A stretch of 64,000 nt of DNA from Nitrosopumilaceae archaeon (GTDB lineage: Archaea > Thermoproteota > Nitrososphaeria > Nitrososphaerales > Nitrosopumilaceae), in NCBI GenBank assembly GCA_965214835.1, contig CBDCCK010000002.1, positions 2,848,001 to 2,912,000 on the forward strand, read 5' to 3'. The position numbers were made by a program, and so were the translations under genes. Positions 1-10,592 of the stretch are shown here, piece by piece. The notes beneath the pieces were generated by a model. It saw only the letters and a program-made list of their open reading frames with translations, had not been told where the DNA came from and ran no database searches. How positions within the stretch are numbered: position 1 is the first letter of the stretch; every line of letters begins with the position of its first letter.

Positions 1-125
1 CTGGGCGCTTTAAATAGGACCTGAAGTTGTACCTGCATTCTCCGAGGCAGCGCGTTCAAAGATGCCGAATCCGGTTATGCACCGCGAGGAATCGTCAAGA
101 TATGCCACCAGATTGAGCTTTTCTA

Positions 126-236
126 GTAACAGCTCGGGCTCTGGAAGCTGTTTCTGATTTTAGGCACAAATTCTGTTTGAACAGCCCTTTTTGGTGACAA
201 AATTCGTGCCTGAACTTCCAGAGCCCGAGCTGTTAC
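126..236. mobile_element. MITE family A (IS66-like ends GTAAC...GTTAC)
   Basis: TIR gtaacagctcgggctctggaag / cttccagagcccgagctgttac; 8-bp TSD cttttcta on both sides. Confidence 0.9.
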
Positions 237-405
237 CTTTTCTAGGCGTGAATCCTTCATTTCGTGCCAGTCTGTATGCCACATTGCGTTGGAATACATG
301 CGCTCATAGCGCAGCCATTTGGGCCGGCTTGTGACACCAGACGCCAGAAAGTGAAACATACCCAATCTCTGACGCTAAGATGGGCTCAGCCGCTACACGG
401 TAAAT
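237..405 (-). pseudogene. IS481-like transposase fragment
   Basis: RPKWLRYERMYSNAMWHTDWH, the start of an rve integrase core; bounded by MITEs. Confidence 0.65.
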
Positions 406-409
406 ATCA

Positions 410-486
410 GACCTTATGCGTAATTGCCAAAAATGACGCAAAAGCTGCCTGATTTTTTTTGATTTTAACCGATTACGCATAAGGTC
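410..486. mobile_element. MITE family C (IS5/ISL2-like ends)
   Basis: TIR gaccttatgcgtaat / attacgcataaggtc; same ends as the DDE_Tnp_4 element at 34701/38490. Confidence 0.85.
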
Positions 487-586
487 TATCATTTCAATCC
501 GGAGAAGATCCAGGCTTCATGTCCAGAAGATTGCACAGAACCCTGCAAAACAAGCTTCTTAACCCTAAATCGAACCCACAAGTATC

Positions 587-2242
587 ATGCGAGACAGGGC
601 AATCATAACCAGCGCGCTTCCGTATGCCAACGGCGAGATTCATCTTGGCCACGTTGCATCGACCTATCTGCCGGCCGATGTCACCACCAGGTTCTTGAGG
701 CAGAAAGGCGTTGAGGCATACTATTTCTGCGCATCTGATGATTTCGGGACTCCGATTCTAATCCAGTCAGAAAAACAGGGAAAAACCCCCCAAGAGTACG
801 TCGCACACTGGAACAGGCGCGACCGTGAGGACTTTGCCTCCCTTAACATCGGGTTTGACTCCTTTTGCAGCACCAGCTCCCGCGAAAACATAGAGTTCGT
901 ACAGCAGGTATTCAACAAGCTAAATGATGCCGGGCACATCTACGAGTCCGAAATCATTCAGTTTTTCTGTGAGAATGACGGCAAGTTCCTGCCTGACCGG
1001 TATGTGAGGGGAACCTGCCCGCATTGCAGGGCAGAAGACCAGTACTCAGACCTCTGTGAGAGCTGCGGCCGCGTGCCTGATGCCATAGACAGCCCCAAAT
1101 GCTCCATCTGCGGCCAGACCCCGGTTAAGAAAAAGACCAGCCACTATTTTTTCAGGCTCAAAAGCTTTGGCGATGCCCTAGGCAGGTGGCTGGAGGAAAA
1201 CGGCAACCTGCAGGGGGACGTAAAAAAATACGTCCAAAACTGGATCAATGCCGGGCTGGTCGACTGGGATATCACCCGCGACATAAAGTGGGGCGTCCCG
1301 ATCCCTGCCGAAAAGGCCGGCGGGCAGGTCTTTTACGGCTGGTTTGACAACCACCTGGCCTACATTTCCACCGCAGTCAAGTTTCTAAGCGACAGGGGGA
1401 TTGACGGAAAGGAGTTTTGGAATTCTGCGGACGTTTACCACTTTATAGGAAAGGACATTGTATACCACCACTATCTGTTTCTGCCCGCAATGCGCCTGGG
1501 CATATCCGAGGAATACAAGCTTCCGGACTTTATTCCCACCCGCGGACACCTCACACTGGGGTCTCGGAAGATCTCCAAGAGCAGGAACTGGTATATAGGC
1601 CTCAGGGAGTTTTTGGGGTACTATCCTGCCGACTATCTGCGGTACTATCTGATATCGATCAACCCGTACTCCCAGGACGACCTCAACTTTGACTGGGACG
1701 AGTTTGCCACAAGAATCAACTCCGAGTTGATTGGAAACTTGGGGAATTTCGTAAACCGTGCGCTGGGGTTTGCCGCAAAGAGCTTTGACGGCGTGGTTCC
1801 GTCACCCGGGGAGCTGGATGACGACGACAGGGCAGCAGAGTCCAAAATCATGTCGCTGGCATCGGAGCTCGGAGCCCTGATGGAGCAAAACCACCTGGAT
1901 CGCGCACTCAAAAAAATCCTTGACTTTACAGGCCACTTTAACCAGTACTTTCAGCACAAGGAGCCCTGGAGGGGGGGCTCTGGTACCGGCACCTGCGTGT
2001 TCTTGTCGGCAAACGCAACTGCGAGTCTTGCAATAGCTCTGAGCCCGTTCCTGCCTGAATCCTCGCAGAAGATCTGGGAGCAGGCAGGACTCAGGGGAAG
2101 ATCCTCTGAGCGGTCCTGGGACTCGATGTCTGAGCTGTGCCTCAAGCCAGGCCACAGGCTGGCAGCCCCATCCCCGCTGTTCTCCAAGGTCGAGGATGGC
2201 GATATCACAGAACACAAGCAGCGGCTGGGCGCAAGGCAATGA
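587..2242 (+). CDS. metG: methionine--tRNA ligase
   Basis: TSALPYANGEIHLGH (HIGH), zinc knuckle, FIGKDI, KISKS. Confidence 0.98.
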   Translation: MRDRAIITSALPYANGEIHLGHVASTYLPADVTTRFLRQKGVEAYYFCASDDFGTPILIQSEKQGKTPQEYVAHWNRRDREDFASLNIGFDSFCSTSSRENIEFVQQVFNKLNDAGHIYESEIIQFFCENDGKFLPDRYVRGTCPHCRAEDQYSDLCESCGRVPDAIDSPKCSICGQTPVKKKTSHYFFRLKSFGDALGRWLEENGNLQGDVKKYVQNWINAGLVDWDITRDIKWGVPIPAEKAGGQVFYGWFDNHLAYISTAVKFLSDRGIDGKEFWNSADVYHFIGKDIVYHHYLFLPAMRLGISEEYKLPDFIPTRGHLTLGSRKISKSRNWYIGLREFLGYYPADYLRYYLISINPYSQDDLNFDWDEFATRINSELIGNLGNFVNRALGFAAKSFDGVVPSPGELDDDDRAAESKIMSLASELGALMEQNHLDRALKKILDFTGHFNQYFQHKEPWRGGSGTGTCVFLSANATASLAIALSPFLPESSQKIWEQAGLRGRSSERSWDSMSELCLKPGHRLAAPSPLFSKVEDGDITEHKQRLGARQ

Positions 2243-2997
2243 CGAGAAGGCCATTTCCTAGAATTTCAACTAGGGGGTACTATGATCTGGAGACCGGGAA
2301 CACGCTAAAGACATCTCCGTACCACCTCTATCCCAAATCCTTCTTTGACTCGCTTGCCGGGTCGGTGGAGCTGGTAATAATGATGCACGGGCTGAGAAAC
2401 GACAGTGCAGGTGCACTGAACAAGTTCGTAATCGCGCAGAGGCGCCTTCGGCAGATTGGATATGGGCACCCCGTCGTCGGATACAGCTATGACTCAAACA
2501 CCAGGGGCGCCCACCTGGCAAAATCTGCCCTCAAGGCACTGCATGTAGGCCAGAAAATCGCCAGAAAGAACGGCAGGAACCTCTCAAAATTCATCCTGGA
2601 TTTCGCAAGGCATAGTCCGGAGACGAAGATCCGGCTGATGGGCCACTCCCTGGGCTCGCAGGTAATCCTGCACGCAGTCGAGAGCCTGGCAAAGAGTCCG
2701 AAAAACGACTCTGCCATCGAGTCCGTCTACTTTTTTGGGGGCTCTGTTGCCGCAGAGGTGCTCTCGTCTGCAAAATACTCCGGGATGCTGCAGAGGGTTG
2801 TGAGCTCCAAGATTGTGAACTATTTTAGTCCCGGAGACGAGGTTCTCAAGCACGCCCACGACTGCGGGGCCGTCTTGAACCCCGTCGGATACCTCGGATG
2901 CAGGCCAAGGAACCTCCCAAAGTACACCCAAAAGAGGGTATGGCCGGAAAACCACAGGTTTGCAAGCTATGCTGCAACCATCAGGTCATTCCCATAG
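2239..2997 (+). CDS. alpha/beta hydrolase family protein (DUF726/DUF900-like)
   Basis: MHG, GHSLG nucleophile elbow; ATGA overlap with metG stop. Confidence 0.8.
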   Translation: MTRRPFPRISTRGYYDLETGNTLKTSPYHLYPKSFFDSLAGSVELVIMMHGLRNDSAGALNKFVIAQRRLRQIGYGHPVVGYSYDSNTRGAHLAKSALKALHVGQKIARKNGRNLSKFILDFARHSPETKIRLMGHSLGSQVILHAVESLAKSPKNDSAIESVYFFGGSVAAEVLSSAKYSGMLQRVVSSKIVNYFSPGDEVLKHAHDCGAVLNPVGYLGCRPRNLPKYTQKRVWPENHRFASYAATIRSFP

Positions 2998-3035
2998 TCA
3001 AGCAGTTAAATCCCATTGATTCTGGCTATACCGGT

Positions 3036-3947
3036 ATGAAGTCCGCAAACTTTGTCGTCCTAGGTGATCAGGGCATTGCAGCCGGCCTCGGAAGGAAGGG
3101 AACCGAGACCGATCTTACGCTGTATGACAAAAAAGAGTCCGGCATCATCCGCACGTGGGTAGTCCCAAACGGGTTTCCAGAAAAGATCCAGCCGCTGTTC
3201 CAGGCAATCAACCTGGCCGAGTTTGCAGTACTGCACATAGCTGCGCTTGACAGGTTTGCCGGAGAGCAGATTGTGGCACTAGACATGCTAGGCAAAAAGG
3301 CAGGAATCCTGAGCCACTCCTACGAGGTTGACGAGGATACCCTAGGCGCAATGATCAGGGGGACCGTCGTCGAGGGCTATGTCGCAGCCGAGCCCGGCAG
3401 AGTCCGCCAAGAGCTGGAAAAAATCGAGCCGGTATCCGTAGGGGGCAAAACCCGGATCGTAGTTGATCACTGCTTTGATGTCAAAGGCGCAGGCACCGTT
3501 GTTTTAGGAAAGGTCGCCTCTGGATCTGTCAAGCAATACGACAGTCTCAGGCTGCTCCCCTCAGGCGCCGAGGTCACGGTAAGGTCAATCCAGATGCATG
3601 ACGAGCCAGTAGATACGGCATCATCGCCCGCCCGGGTCGGCCTGTCCCTCAAGGGTGCAAGGCCAGACGAGGTCGGTCGCGGGGATGTCCTGTGCGAGGA
3701 TGGCTCGGCTAGGGTCGCCGACGAAATAGATCTGGATTTTTCAAAGACTCCGTACTACAAGGGAGAAATCTCCGAGGGACAGATGTGCCTGGTCAGTACC
3801 GGCCTCAAGATAATGGCCGGAAAGCTCGCCTCAACATCCCCCTTCAAAATAAAGCTGGACAAACCCGTTGTGTGTGATGAGATAGGCGTCGTCCTCAAGC
3901 CCGAGTCGGCCGGCATACGCATCATGGGCAGCGGCAAAATCAAATGA
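3036..3947 (+). CDS. archaeal SelB-like / EF-Tu domain 2 protein (aSelBL-like)
   Basis: DHCFDVKGAGTVVLGKV, VRSIQMHD, RVGLSLKG, RGDVL; degenerate G domain. Confidence 0.85.
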   Translation: MKSANFVVLGDQGIAAGLGRKGTETDLTLYDKKESGIIRTWVVPNGFPEKIQPLFQAINLAEFAVLHIAALDRFAGEQIVALDMLGKKAGILSHSYEVDEDTLGAMIRGTVVEGYVAAEPGRVRQELEKIEPVSVGGKTRIVVDHCFDVKGAGTVVLGKVASGSVKQYDSLRLLPSGAEVTVRSIQMHDEPVDTASSPARVGLSLKGARPDEVGRGDVLCEDGSARVADEIDLDFSKTPYYKGEISEGQMCLVSTGLKIMAGKLASTSPFKIKLDKPVVCDEIGVVLKPESAGIRIMGSGKIK

Positions 3948-3981
3948 CATCATTTAATTAAATCGCAGTCCTGCCTTCTGC

Positions 3982-4512
3982 ATGCGCGCACTAATGATGG
4001 GGCGATTCCAGCCCTTTCACCTGGGCCACTTGGACTTGGTAAGGCAGGTCCTCGGTGAGAACGACGAGGCGATCATCGCCGTGACCAGCTCCCAGTTTAA
4101 TTATCTCTTAAAGGATCCCTTCACGTCAGGCGAGAGAATCGAGATGATCCACAGTTCTCTGCGTGATGAGGGCGTTGACATCTCAAGATGCTACGTCGTT
4201 GCAATCGAGAACCAGCCCAACATTGCAACATGGGCAGGCTACCTGAAATCCTCGCTTCCCCCCTTTGGAAGGGTGTACAGCGGAAACAAATACGTCTCCA
4301 TGCTGCTCGGGGACTCGGACATCGATGTAGTCCTTCCCGAGTTCCTGGAGCGCGAAAGGCTCACGGCCACTGCCATTCGAGACATGATGATTCATGGCGG
4401 GGACTGGAGGTCATGCGTTCCTGCGGCAGTATCTGAAATAATCTCCAGAATCGGCGGAGTAAACCGACTAAGGACCATGGCAGCCTCTGACACCAATCCG
4501 ATCGAGCATTGA
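3982..4512 (+). CDS. nadM: nicotinamide-nucleotide adenylyltransferase
   Basis: GRFQPFHLGH, PFTSGERIEMI, TATAIR. Confidence 0.93.
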   Translation: MRALMMGRFQPFHLGHLDLVRQVLGENDEAIIAVTSSQFNYLLKDPFTSGERIEMIHSSLRDEGVDISRCYVVAIENQPNIATWAGYLKSSLPPFGRVYSGNKYVSMLLGDSDIDVVLPEFLERERLTATAIRDMMIHGGDWRSCVPAAVSEIISRIGGVNRLRTMAASDTNPIEH

Positions 4513-4631
4513 CTGAGCCGGTACGCGCATGTCCCATCTGTCCCGAGTGCGGCTCAAGGCGGTTTGAGCGGCTTGCCGGCCCTGGGATGGCCGTAAAATG
4601 CCGAAAATGCGGCAAAATCATGCAGATCTGA
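4509..4631 (+). CDS. 40-aa CPxCG zinc-finger microprotein (not in ORF track)
   Basis: TTG start overlaps nadM stop; MTEPVRACPICPECGSRRFERLAGPGMAVKCRKCGKIMQI. Confidence 0.7.
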   Translation: MTEPVRACPICPECGSRRFERLAGPGMAVKCRKCGKIMQI

Positions 4632-4671
4632 GGCTTCATAGTTAATATTTGCAGTATGCTGCCCCCCTCAC

Positions 4672-5670
4672 ATGGCACAAACGTGGAAGGATGCCGACAT
4701 TAGCCTTGACCCGATAAGGGATCAAAGGATAGCCGTGATCGGCTATGGAATCCAGGGCCATGCTCAGGCAAACAACATGAGGGACTCTGGCCTTGATGTC
4801 GTCGTCGGCCTCAGGGAAGGCGGAGACAGCTGGAAAAAGGCCGAGGCCGACGGCCACAGGGTAATGTCCGTTGCAGATGCCACAAAGGCTGCCGACATTG
4901 TTCACATTCTGATTCCCGACATGATTCAGGGCCGCGTATACGGGGATCAAATCGGGCCCAATCTTTCTGAGGGAAAGGCGCTGTCGTTTTCCCATGCCGC
5001 GGCAATCTACTGGAAGTGGATTGAGGCTCCCCCCAATGTTGACCTGATAATGGTTGCGCCAAAGGGTCCGGGCTCCAAGGTAAGGGAGACCTATCTTGAA
5101 GGCTTTGGAACGCCCTCCATCGTTGCAGTCGAACGGGACTTTTCAGGCGGGGCCTGGGACAGGACGCTGGGGATTGCAAAGGCCGTCGGGAGCGCAAGGG
5201 CAGGGCTGATCAGGACAACCTTCAAGGAGGAGGTCGAGACCGACTGGTTCGGCGAGCAGGCAGACCTGTGCGGAGGCGCCGCCTCCATGGTGACCAACGC
5301 GTTTGAAACCCTGGTTGAGGCAGGATACCAGCCAGAAATTGCATACTTTGAGGTCTTGCACGAGCTCAAGCTCATCGTGGATATGATCCAGAGGTATGGA
5401 ATCAACGGGATGTGGAGGCGCGTGAGCGAGACTGCCAGATACGGCGGCCTGACACGCGGCCCGATGGTAATGGATGCGGCAAACAAGGAGAACATGAAAA
5501 AGATCCTGGCCATGATTCAGGACGGCACCTTCAACGGCGAATGGATATCCGAGTACCAGAAAAACGGCAGGGACGCATTTGACAAGTACATGAGGCAATA
5601 CGACGAGCACCAGATTGAAAGGGTCGGCAGGCAGATGCGAAAGATGATGTGGCCTGATTCCACGGAATAA
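4672..5670 (+). CDS. ilvC: ketol-acid reductoisomerase
   Basis: IAVIGYGIQGHAQANN, VAPKGPG, EEVETDWFGEQ, SETARYG. Confidence 0.98.
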   Translation: MAQTWKDADISLDPIRDQRIAVIGYGIQGHAQANNMRDSGLDVVVGLREGGDSWKKAEADGHRVMSVADATKAADIVHILIPDMIQGRVYGDQIGPNLSEGKALSFSHAAAIYWKWIEAPPNVDLIMVAPKGPGSKVRETYLEGFGTPSIVAVERDFSGGAWDRTLGIAKAVGSARAGLIRTTFKEEVETDWFGEQADLCGGAASMVTNAFETLVEAGYQPEIAYFEVLHELKLIVDMIQRYGINGMWRRVSETARYGGLTRGPMVMDAANKENMKKILAMIQDGTFNGEWISEYQKNGRDAFDKYMRQYDEHQIERVGRQMRKMMWPDSTE

Positions 5671-5678
5671 CCCCCTTT

Positions 5679-5777
5679 GTAACAGCTCCCACTTGAAGCC
5701 ATTCCTGATTTTAGGCACGGATTACGCCCGGCCGGGATGGCAAAATTCACGCCCGAATTTGGAGTCCGAGCTGCTGC
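5679..5777. mobile_element. MITE family A, degenerate copy
   Basis: gtaacagctc...ccgagctgctgc with internal gattttaggcac; imperfect TSD. Confidence 0.7.
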
Positions 5778-5785
5778 CCCTTTTT

Positions 5786-6208
5786 CTATATTTTCCGCAG
5801 TCTGCCCACGCCGGTTGTGATGTGATCAATGATTGTTGGAAGCGGCGTTCCCGGCCCGAATACGTGGTCTACTCCAGACTTTATCAGTCCCTTGTGGTCG
5901 ACCTCTGGAATGACTCCGCCGCCGACTATTAGGACGTCCTTGATTCCCTTTTTTTTGAGTGCCTTTACCACTCTGGGGAAAAGCGTCCCGTGCGCCCCGT
6001 TTAGCAGACTCATTGCTACTGCGTCAACGTCCTCGTCCTCTGCAATCTGGGCAACCCTCTCAGGCGTGGCAAACAGCCCCGAATAGACCACCTCCATTCC
6101 AGCATCCCTAAACGCCCTGCAAAGAACCAGAGCTCCACGATCGTGTCCGTCAAGGCCCAGCTTTGCCACCAGAATCTTGACCCTGCGTGATGCGGTCTCT
6201 TGCTTCAT
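5786..6208 (-). CDS. methylmalonyl-CoA mutase, cobalamin-binding subunit
   Basis: KLGLDGHDRGA (DxHxxG), GGGVIP, VFGPGT. Confidence 0.95.
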   Translation of the reverse strand: MKQETASRRVKILVAKLGLDGHDRGALVLCRAFRDAGMEVVYSGLFATPERVAQIAEDEDVDAVAMSLLNGAHGTLFPRVVKALKKKGIKDVLIVGGGVIPEVDHKGLIKSGVDHVFGPGTPLPTIIDHITTGVGRLRKI

Positions 6209-6527
6209 CGATCTAGCGTAAACCTGACACCTTTATTTGATTTTCCCAGTAAGAGCTTGCCACTCGGGCGGCCTTGCCGGCAGGGGCCTTGATCACCATG
6301 CCCCCTCACGCCGTATCTCCGGGCCGGCGGTAGCTCGGGCTCGAGGTTCAGGCGTGGGTTTTGCCGCAAGCCTCTCGGGCAACGCCTCTATCCAGCAGGA
6401 GGATTTAGAAAAATCACAACACGGAGATCACGGGACTTGCTTTCCAAGCATTGGTCGGGGATCCTGACATTACGTATGTGGACAGGAGCAATCCCGGCGT
6501 GATCCGCCCGTTTGAGCAAAGTCAGGT

Positions 6528-6616
6528 GTAAGAGTTTGCCTCCCGGCGACACTGCTGGCCGGAGCCTTCATGGTACGCCTACCACGCCGTATCTCAGTGG
6601 AGGGGCAAGCTCTTAC
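6528..6616. mobile_element. MITE family B (GTAAGAG...CTCTTAC)
   Basis: ends match the IS66-like element at 15124-16643; related copies near 6248, 14622, 41631, 50255. Confidence 0.8.
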
Positions 6617-6632
6617 GGATATGGCGTGAGAG

Positions 6633-6741
6633 GTAACAGCTCGGGCTCGAAGTGATTTATGATTTTAGGCACAAATTACATCTGCGAAGATCCCTTTGGC
6701 GATAAAATTCATGCCTGAACTTCCAGAGCCCGAGCTGTTAC
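6633..6741. mobile_element. MITE family A
   Basis: TIRs as at 126-236; perfect 8-bp TSD cgtgagag. Confidence 0.9.
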
Positions 6742-6924
6742 CGTGAGAGGGAGTGCTTTGAGTGGGATTCCCTCCGGATTGAACGATAGTCTGACGGTCT
6801 TATCATCGAAATACCTGTACTTGGGTATGAACGTAAAGGACCTTGATTTGTCACCCTTCTCATCAGGCTCGATGCTACCTTGTTTCTTGTCTTTGCTTTT
6901 AATCTTGCCCGTCTTGTATATTTC

Positions 6925-7416
6925 GACAAGCTCCACCATCACAACAACGACGGCGAGAGGGCGCTGCACACGATGGCCGCGATACGAAAGATCCCGTACG
7001 GAAACAGGTCAGAGAAGGGAATGAGGGTGACTGAGACCATGTGTGCCGTATACACCACCTGCGAGATGCACGGCGTCAGCTTTTGCTCGTTCGAAGTCTA
7101 TCTTGACGGCAAGGTTATCAGCACCCCGATGCCGGTCCAGCGTGTCGGTGCAGCGGCGGCATAATGAGCAGGGATACAACAAACCCTGCCGGCACGCCCT
7201 AGAACCGCTCCAGATGTGCAGAACCGCGGCCGGGGCACGGTGACATAATGGCGACAGTGGCGGTAAACAGTACGCAGATTCGGTTTCGATCCGGCGCCGC
7301 TACAGCTCGGATTCCGAAAAGCATGGCAGGCTTGTGCCAAAATCCGGCTTCCAGAGACCGATCAGACAGATTCGTGCCTAGAATCAGGAGCGGCTTCCAG
7401 AGCACGAGCTGTTACC
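6925..7416 (+). pseudogene. IS66-like transposase C-terminal fragment with right end (likely parent type of MITE A)
   Basis: NNDGERAL...RKIPYGNRSEKG; ends in gagcacgagctgttac. Confidence 0.7.
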
Positions 7417-7469
7417 AAGACTCGGCTGATTGTAACCCTTAATTCACAGGCAAACCAACCCAGCACAGG

Positions 7470-7658
7470 TTGCAGGCGCACAGGAGATTGATGCTGCTCG
7501 GAGGAATGCTGCTCATCTTGACGTTTTTGATAAACGACTATCACGGGCAAGATTCCGTAGACGGATTCAACTATGCATACGTTACCGGAGCAGCCATGAT
7601 TGCGGTGTTTTTGGCTAGTTTCTACCTGTTTTATTCAAAAAATGGCAGAAACAGGTAG
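7470..7658 (+). CDS. small two-helix membrane protein
   Basis: two hydrophobic segments in 62 aa. Confidence 0.55.
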   Translation: MQAHRRLMLLGGMLLILTFLINDYHGQDSVDGFNYAYVTGAAMIAVFLASFYLFYSKNGRNR

Positions 7659-7933
7659 CACTATTCGCTTGGCATGAGGCGCACCAAGACGCCCATGATG
7701 GCATTCCTAGGCCGGAAGGCCTCAGAAGCAATCAGGAAAAGCGACCCAAAATGGATGGACACCGGTGATGATGCGACATAATTTTCATACAACACATGCA
7801 GTGTGCTGAGACTTGAACCGTCTTTTATGACCGCCCGACGGCCGGTACGATGGTATGTCATCCGTCAAGCCAGCAGGTCCGAGTTTTACTGGTTCAGCAG
7901 CGATCAAAACCGCAGCTGGGGGGTGTTCAAAAT

Positions 7934-9166
7934 CTACCAGCTGTTGGCATACTCTACTTGCTCTGGGGTCAGCCTGTCAATTTTGACGCTCATTGCCCTG
8001 AGGGCGTCGCGCGCTACCTGAACGTCGATCTCTTCGGGCACGACTATTGCCTTGTTTTCCATCTTCTTGTGGTTTTTGAGTATGTACAGAATCGAGAGGA
8101 TTTGGTTTGAAAAGGACTGTGCCATCACCTCGGGTGGGTGTCCTTCGGCAGCAACAAGGTTTGCCAGCCTGCCCTTTCCAATCAGGTACACTCGCCTGCC
8201 GTTGCGCAGGCGGCACTCGTCTAGGTTCGGCCGCACCTCCCTTGCGGACTTTGTCAGTAGGAACTTGGTATCAATCTCAACATCAAAGTGGCCTACATTT
8301 CCCATGACTGCACCGTCCTTCATCTTGAGTATGTGCTCCCTTCGGATTACGCCGGTCATCCCGGTACAGGTGACAAAGATGTCGCCCACCCTGGAGGCCT
8401 CGGACATGGGCATTACCTCGTATCCGTCCATGTGTGCCTCCAGAGCCCTGACGGGATCAACCTCGGTGACTATGACCCTGCCCCCCATTCCCGCACAACG
8501 GGATGCCACGCCTTTTCCAACCCAGCCATATCCGGCTACTACGATCCTCTTTGTCGCAATGAGCAGATTCATTGCACGTAGGTAGCCGTCAATGGTGCTC
8601 TGTCCTGTGCCGTATCGGTTATCAAACATGTGCTTTGTATGGGCCTCGTTTACCATAATCACAGGATAGCGAAGCTTGCCCTGGTTTTCTATGGCCTTTA
8701 TTCTGGTAACCCCTGCAGTAGTCTCCTCGGTTGCGCCCAGGATGTCGAGTCCCTGGTGCTTTTTGTCAAAATGTGCCTTGACATTCATGTCTGCCCCGTC
8801 ATCTGTCAGGATGGCAGGTTTGTGTTTTAGAACCTGGTCAATACACCAGTCATATTCCTTGCTTGTCTGATCATTCCACGCATAAACATGAATTCCCTGC
8901 GATGCCAAAAATGCGGCGATGTCATCCTGGGTGGTCAGCGGGTTTCCGCCGCATGCTGCAACGTTTGCCCCCAGCTCCTTTGCACCCATCAAAAGTACGG
9001 AGGTCTCTTTTGTGATGTGCAGGCAGAACCCGACGGTCACGCCTTTGAGTGGCTTTGATTTTTTTAATCGGTTAATGGTATTATCCAAGATTTGCATGTG
9101 AGAGCGGGCCCATTCGTAAGAAAGCCCCCCCTGTTTTGCAAGCCTTGGGTTCCTGACTTTGCTCAA
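7934..9166 (-). CDS. ahcY: adenosylhomocysteinase
   Basis: CLHITKET, TEETTAG, KHMFDNRYGTGQS, GYGWVGKG, EGHP; likely TTG start at 9166. Confidence 0.97.
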   Translation of the reverse strand: MSKVRNPRLAKQGGLSYEWARSHMQILDNTINRLKKSKPLKGVTVGFCLHITKETSVLLMGAKELGANVAACGGNPLTTQDDIAAFLASQGIHVYAWNDQTSKEYDWCIDQVLKHKPAILTDDGADMNVKAHFDKKHQGLDILGATEETTAGVTRIKAIENQGKLRYPVIMVNEAHTKHMFDNRYGTGQSTIDGYLRAMNLLIATKRIVVAGYGWVGKGVASRCAGMGGRVIVTEVDPVRALEAHMDGYEVMPMSEASRVGDIFVTCTGMTGVIRREHILKMKDGAVMGNVGHFDVEIDTKFLLTKSAREVRPNLDECRLRNGRRVYLIGKGRLANLVAAEGHPPEVMAQSFSNQILSILYILKNHKKMENKAIVVPEEIDVQVARDALRAMSVKIDRLTPEQVEYANSW

Positions 9167-9353
9167 TGGTTTTGGCTTTTGATCATTGTATAAAATTCTA
9201 TCATTGCATGGGGCGCCGTCCATAATCGTGATTAAGGACATGATTTTTGCGGTGATCGGCGCCAAGCCATGACGTAATGATCACCAATACTGGGACGGAT
9301 CCATGCGGCGATCTGGACTGTGCAGCCATCGATTGTGTTTTTGCGCGGTACTG

Positions 9354-10592
9354 TAGTAACTATGTGTATTAACCAATCACAAAAAGGACAAGAAATTTTC
9401 ACCAAAATACCCAGATACGATACAGTGAAGCAATACGCATGAAACCAGACGACTCAATGATACCAACAGGGGGCAAGTTTCTTCCCAACGTCTCGGCCCC
9501 GTCCCTCCTTGAGAGGTACAAAAATGAGACCGACTCCAAGGCCGCAGCCAGGCTGATGGCCTACATACGGCGCAAAAAAGGCGACTCGATACGCCAGATA
9601 GCCGAGCATCTCGGCCGGGGGTACTCTACGATACGCGACTGGCTGATACGGGCCATGCAGCTTGGCATACAGGGCAGGTACGACATCAAGAGGCCCGGCA
9701 CCAAGATGTGGCTGGATGCAGGGCAGCTCAAGCAGGTGCGCGCCGACCTGATTGCGGGCCCGCGCAGCTGCGGATTAGAGTCGGAGGTGTGGACCGCACC
9801 GCTGCTTGCGGTACACATCAAAAAGAAATACAAGGTAGAGTATGTGGTCACGTCCCCTTACTAGCTAGACACGAAGATCACAATCATTCATACTAATTCG
9901 TGCCTAACTGATGGGGGTAGGTGACCTCGTACAAGGTAGACTATGCCGTCTCCAGCGTATACAAGATACTGCACATGCCTAGGCTTTTCATGCAGAAAGC
10001 CCCCCGCCCAAAGCACCCAAAACCAGCCTCAGAATCCGAGAAAGAGGAATTCAAAAAAAAGCTAGGTGGCACGTAAGGTACCATTCAAAGAGGGGGTACA
10101 CGGCAATGATAGGGGACGAGGCCTCGTTCATCCTTGGGTGGAACGTCAAGAACAGCTGGTATCCCGTGGGAAGGCCCGGTCTTTGCGCCGTCCAACCTGT
10201 CAAAGGAGAGGTTCTATTCGATCGGGGCCCTGTCGGCAAACGGACTTGACTGCCGCTTTTACAAAAAGGCCAAGTACACGTTCATCAGGTTTCTCAAGGT
10301 GCTGCGTCGCAAGTACGGCAAGGTGCTGCTGTTTGTCGACAACGCATCGTATCATAGGGCCACACTGGTCAGGGAGCAGCTAACAGAATGGAGTGGTAAT
10401 GTGGTGCCAAAGTTCCTGCCGCCGTACACGCCGGAGCTGAGCTCGATAGAGGGGCAGTGGCACGGGTTCAAAAAGTCAACTGCAAACCGCCTGTATCAGA
10501 CCGTCGGCGAGATGCAAAAGTCCATACGCGTCATGTTGCACAGGGGCGAGATCAAGATCTGCGAGATGGGTGGTTATCTCAGCTAGATACTA
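9354..10592 (+). mobile_element. IS630-family element, split ORF, interrupted by MITE D
   Basis: HTH ORF 9439-9864 and DDE ORF (DEA..DNASYH..LPPYTPEL); TIR tagtaacta/tagatacta; A-run at the ORF junction. Confidence 0.9.
9840..9932. mobile_element. MITE family D (93 bp, GTATGTGGTCAC...GTGACCTCGTAC)
   Basis: 8-bp TSD aaggtaga; same sequence at 47018. Confidence 0.92.

Noticed and set aside
6742-6939. Cold-shock-like small ORF (YKTGKIK...GSIEPDE)
   Set aside because: Lacks RNP aromatic motifs and both ends are cut by mobile DNA; identity unsupported
7275-7305. T-loop-like ggtttcgatcc as a tRNA fragment or att site
   Set aside because: No cloverleaf and no match to either tRNA 3' end
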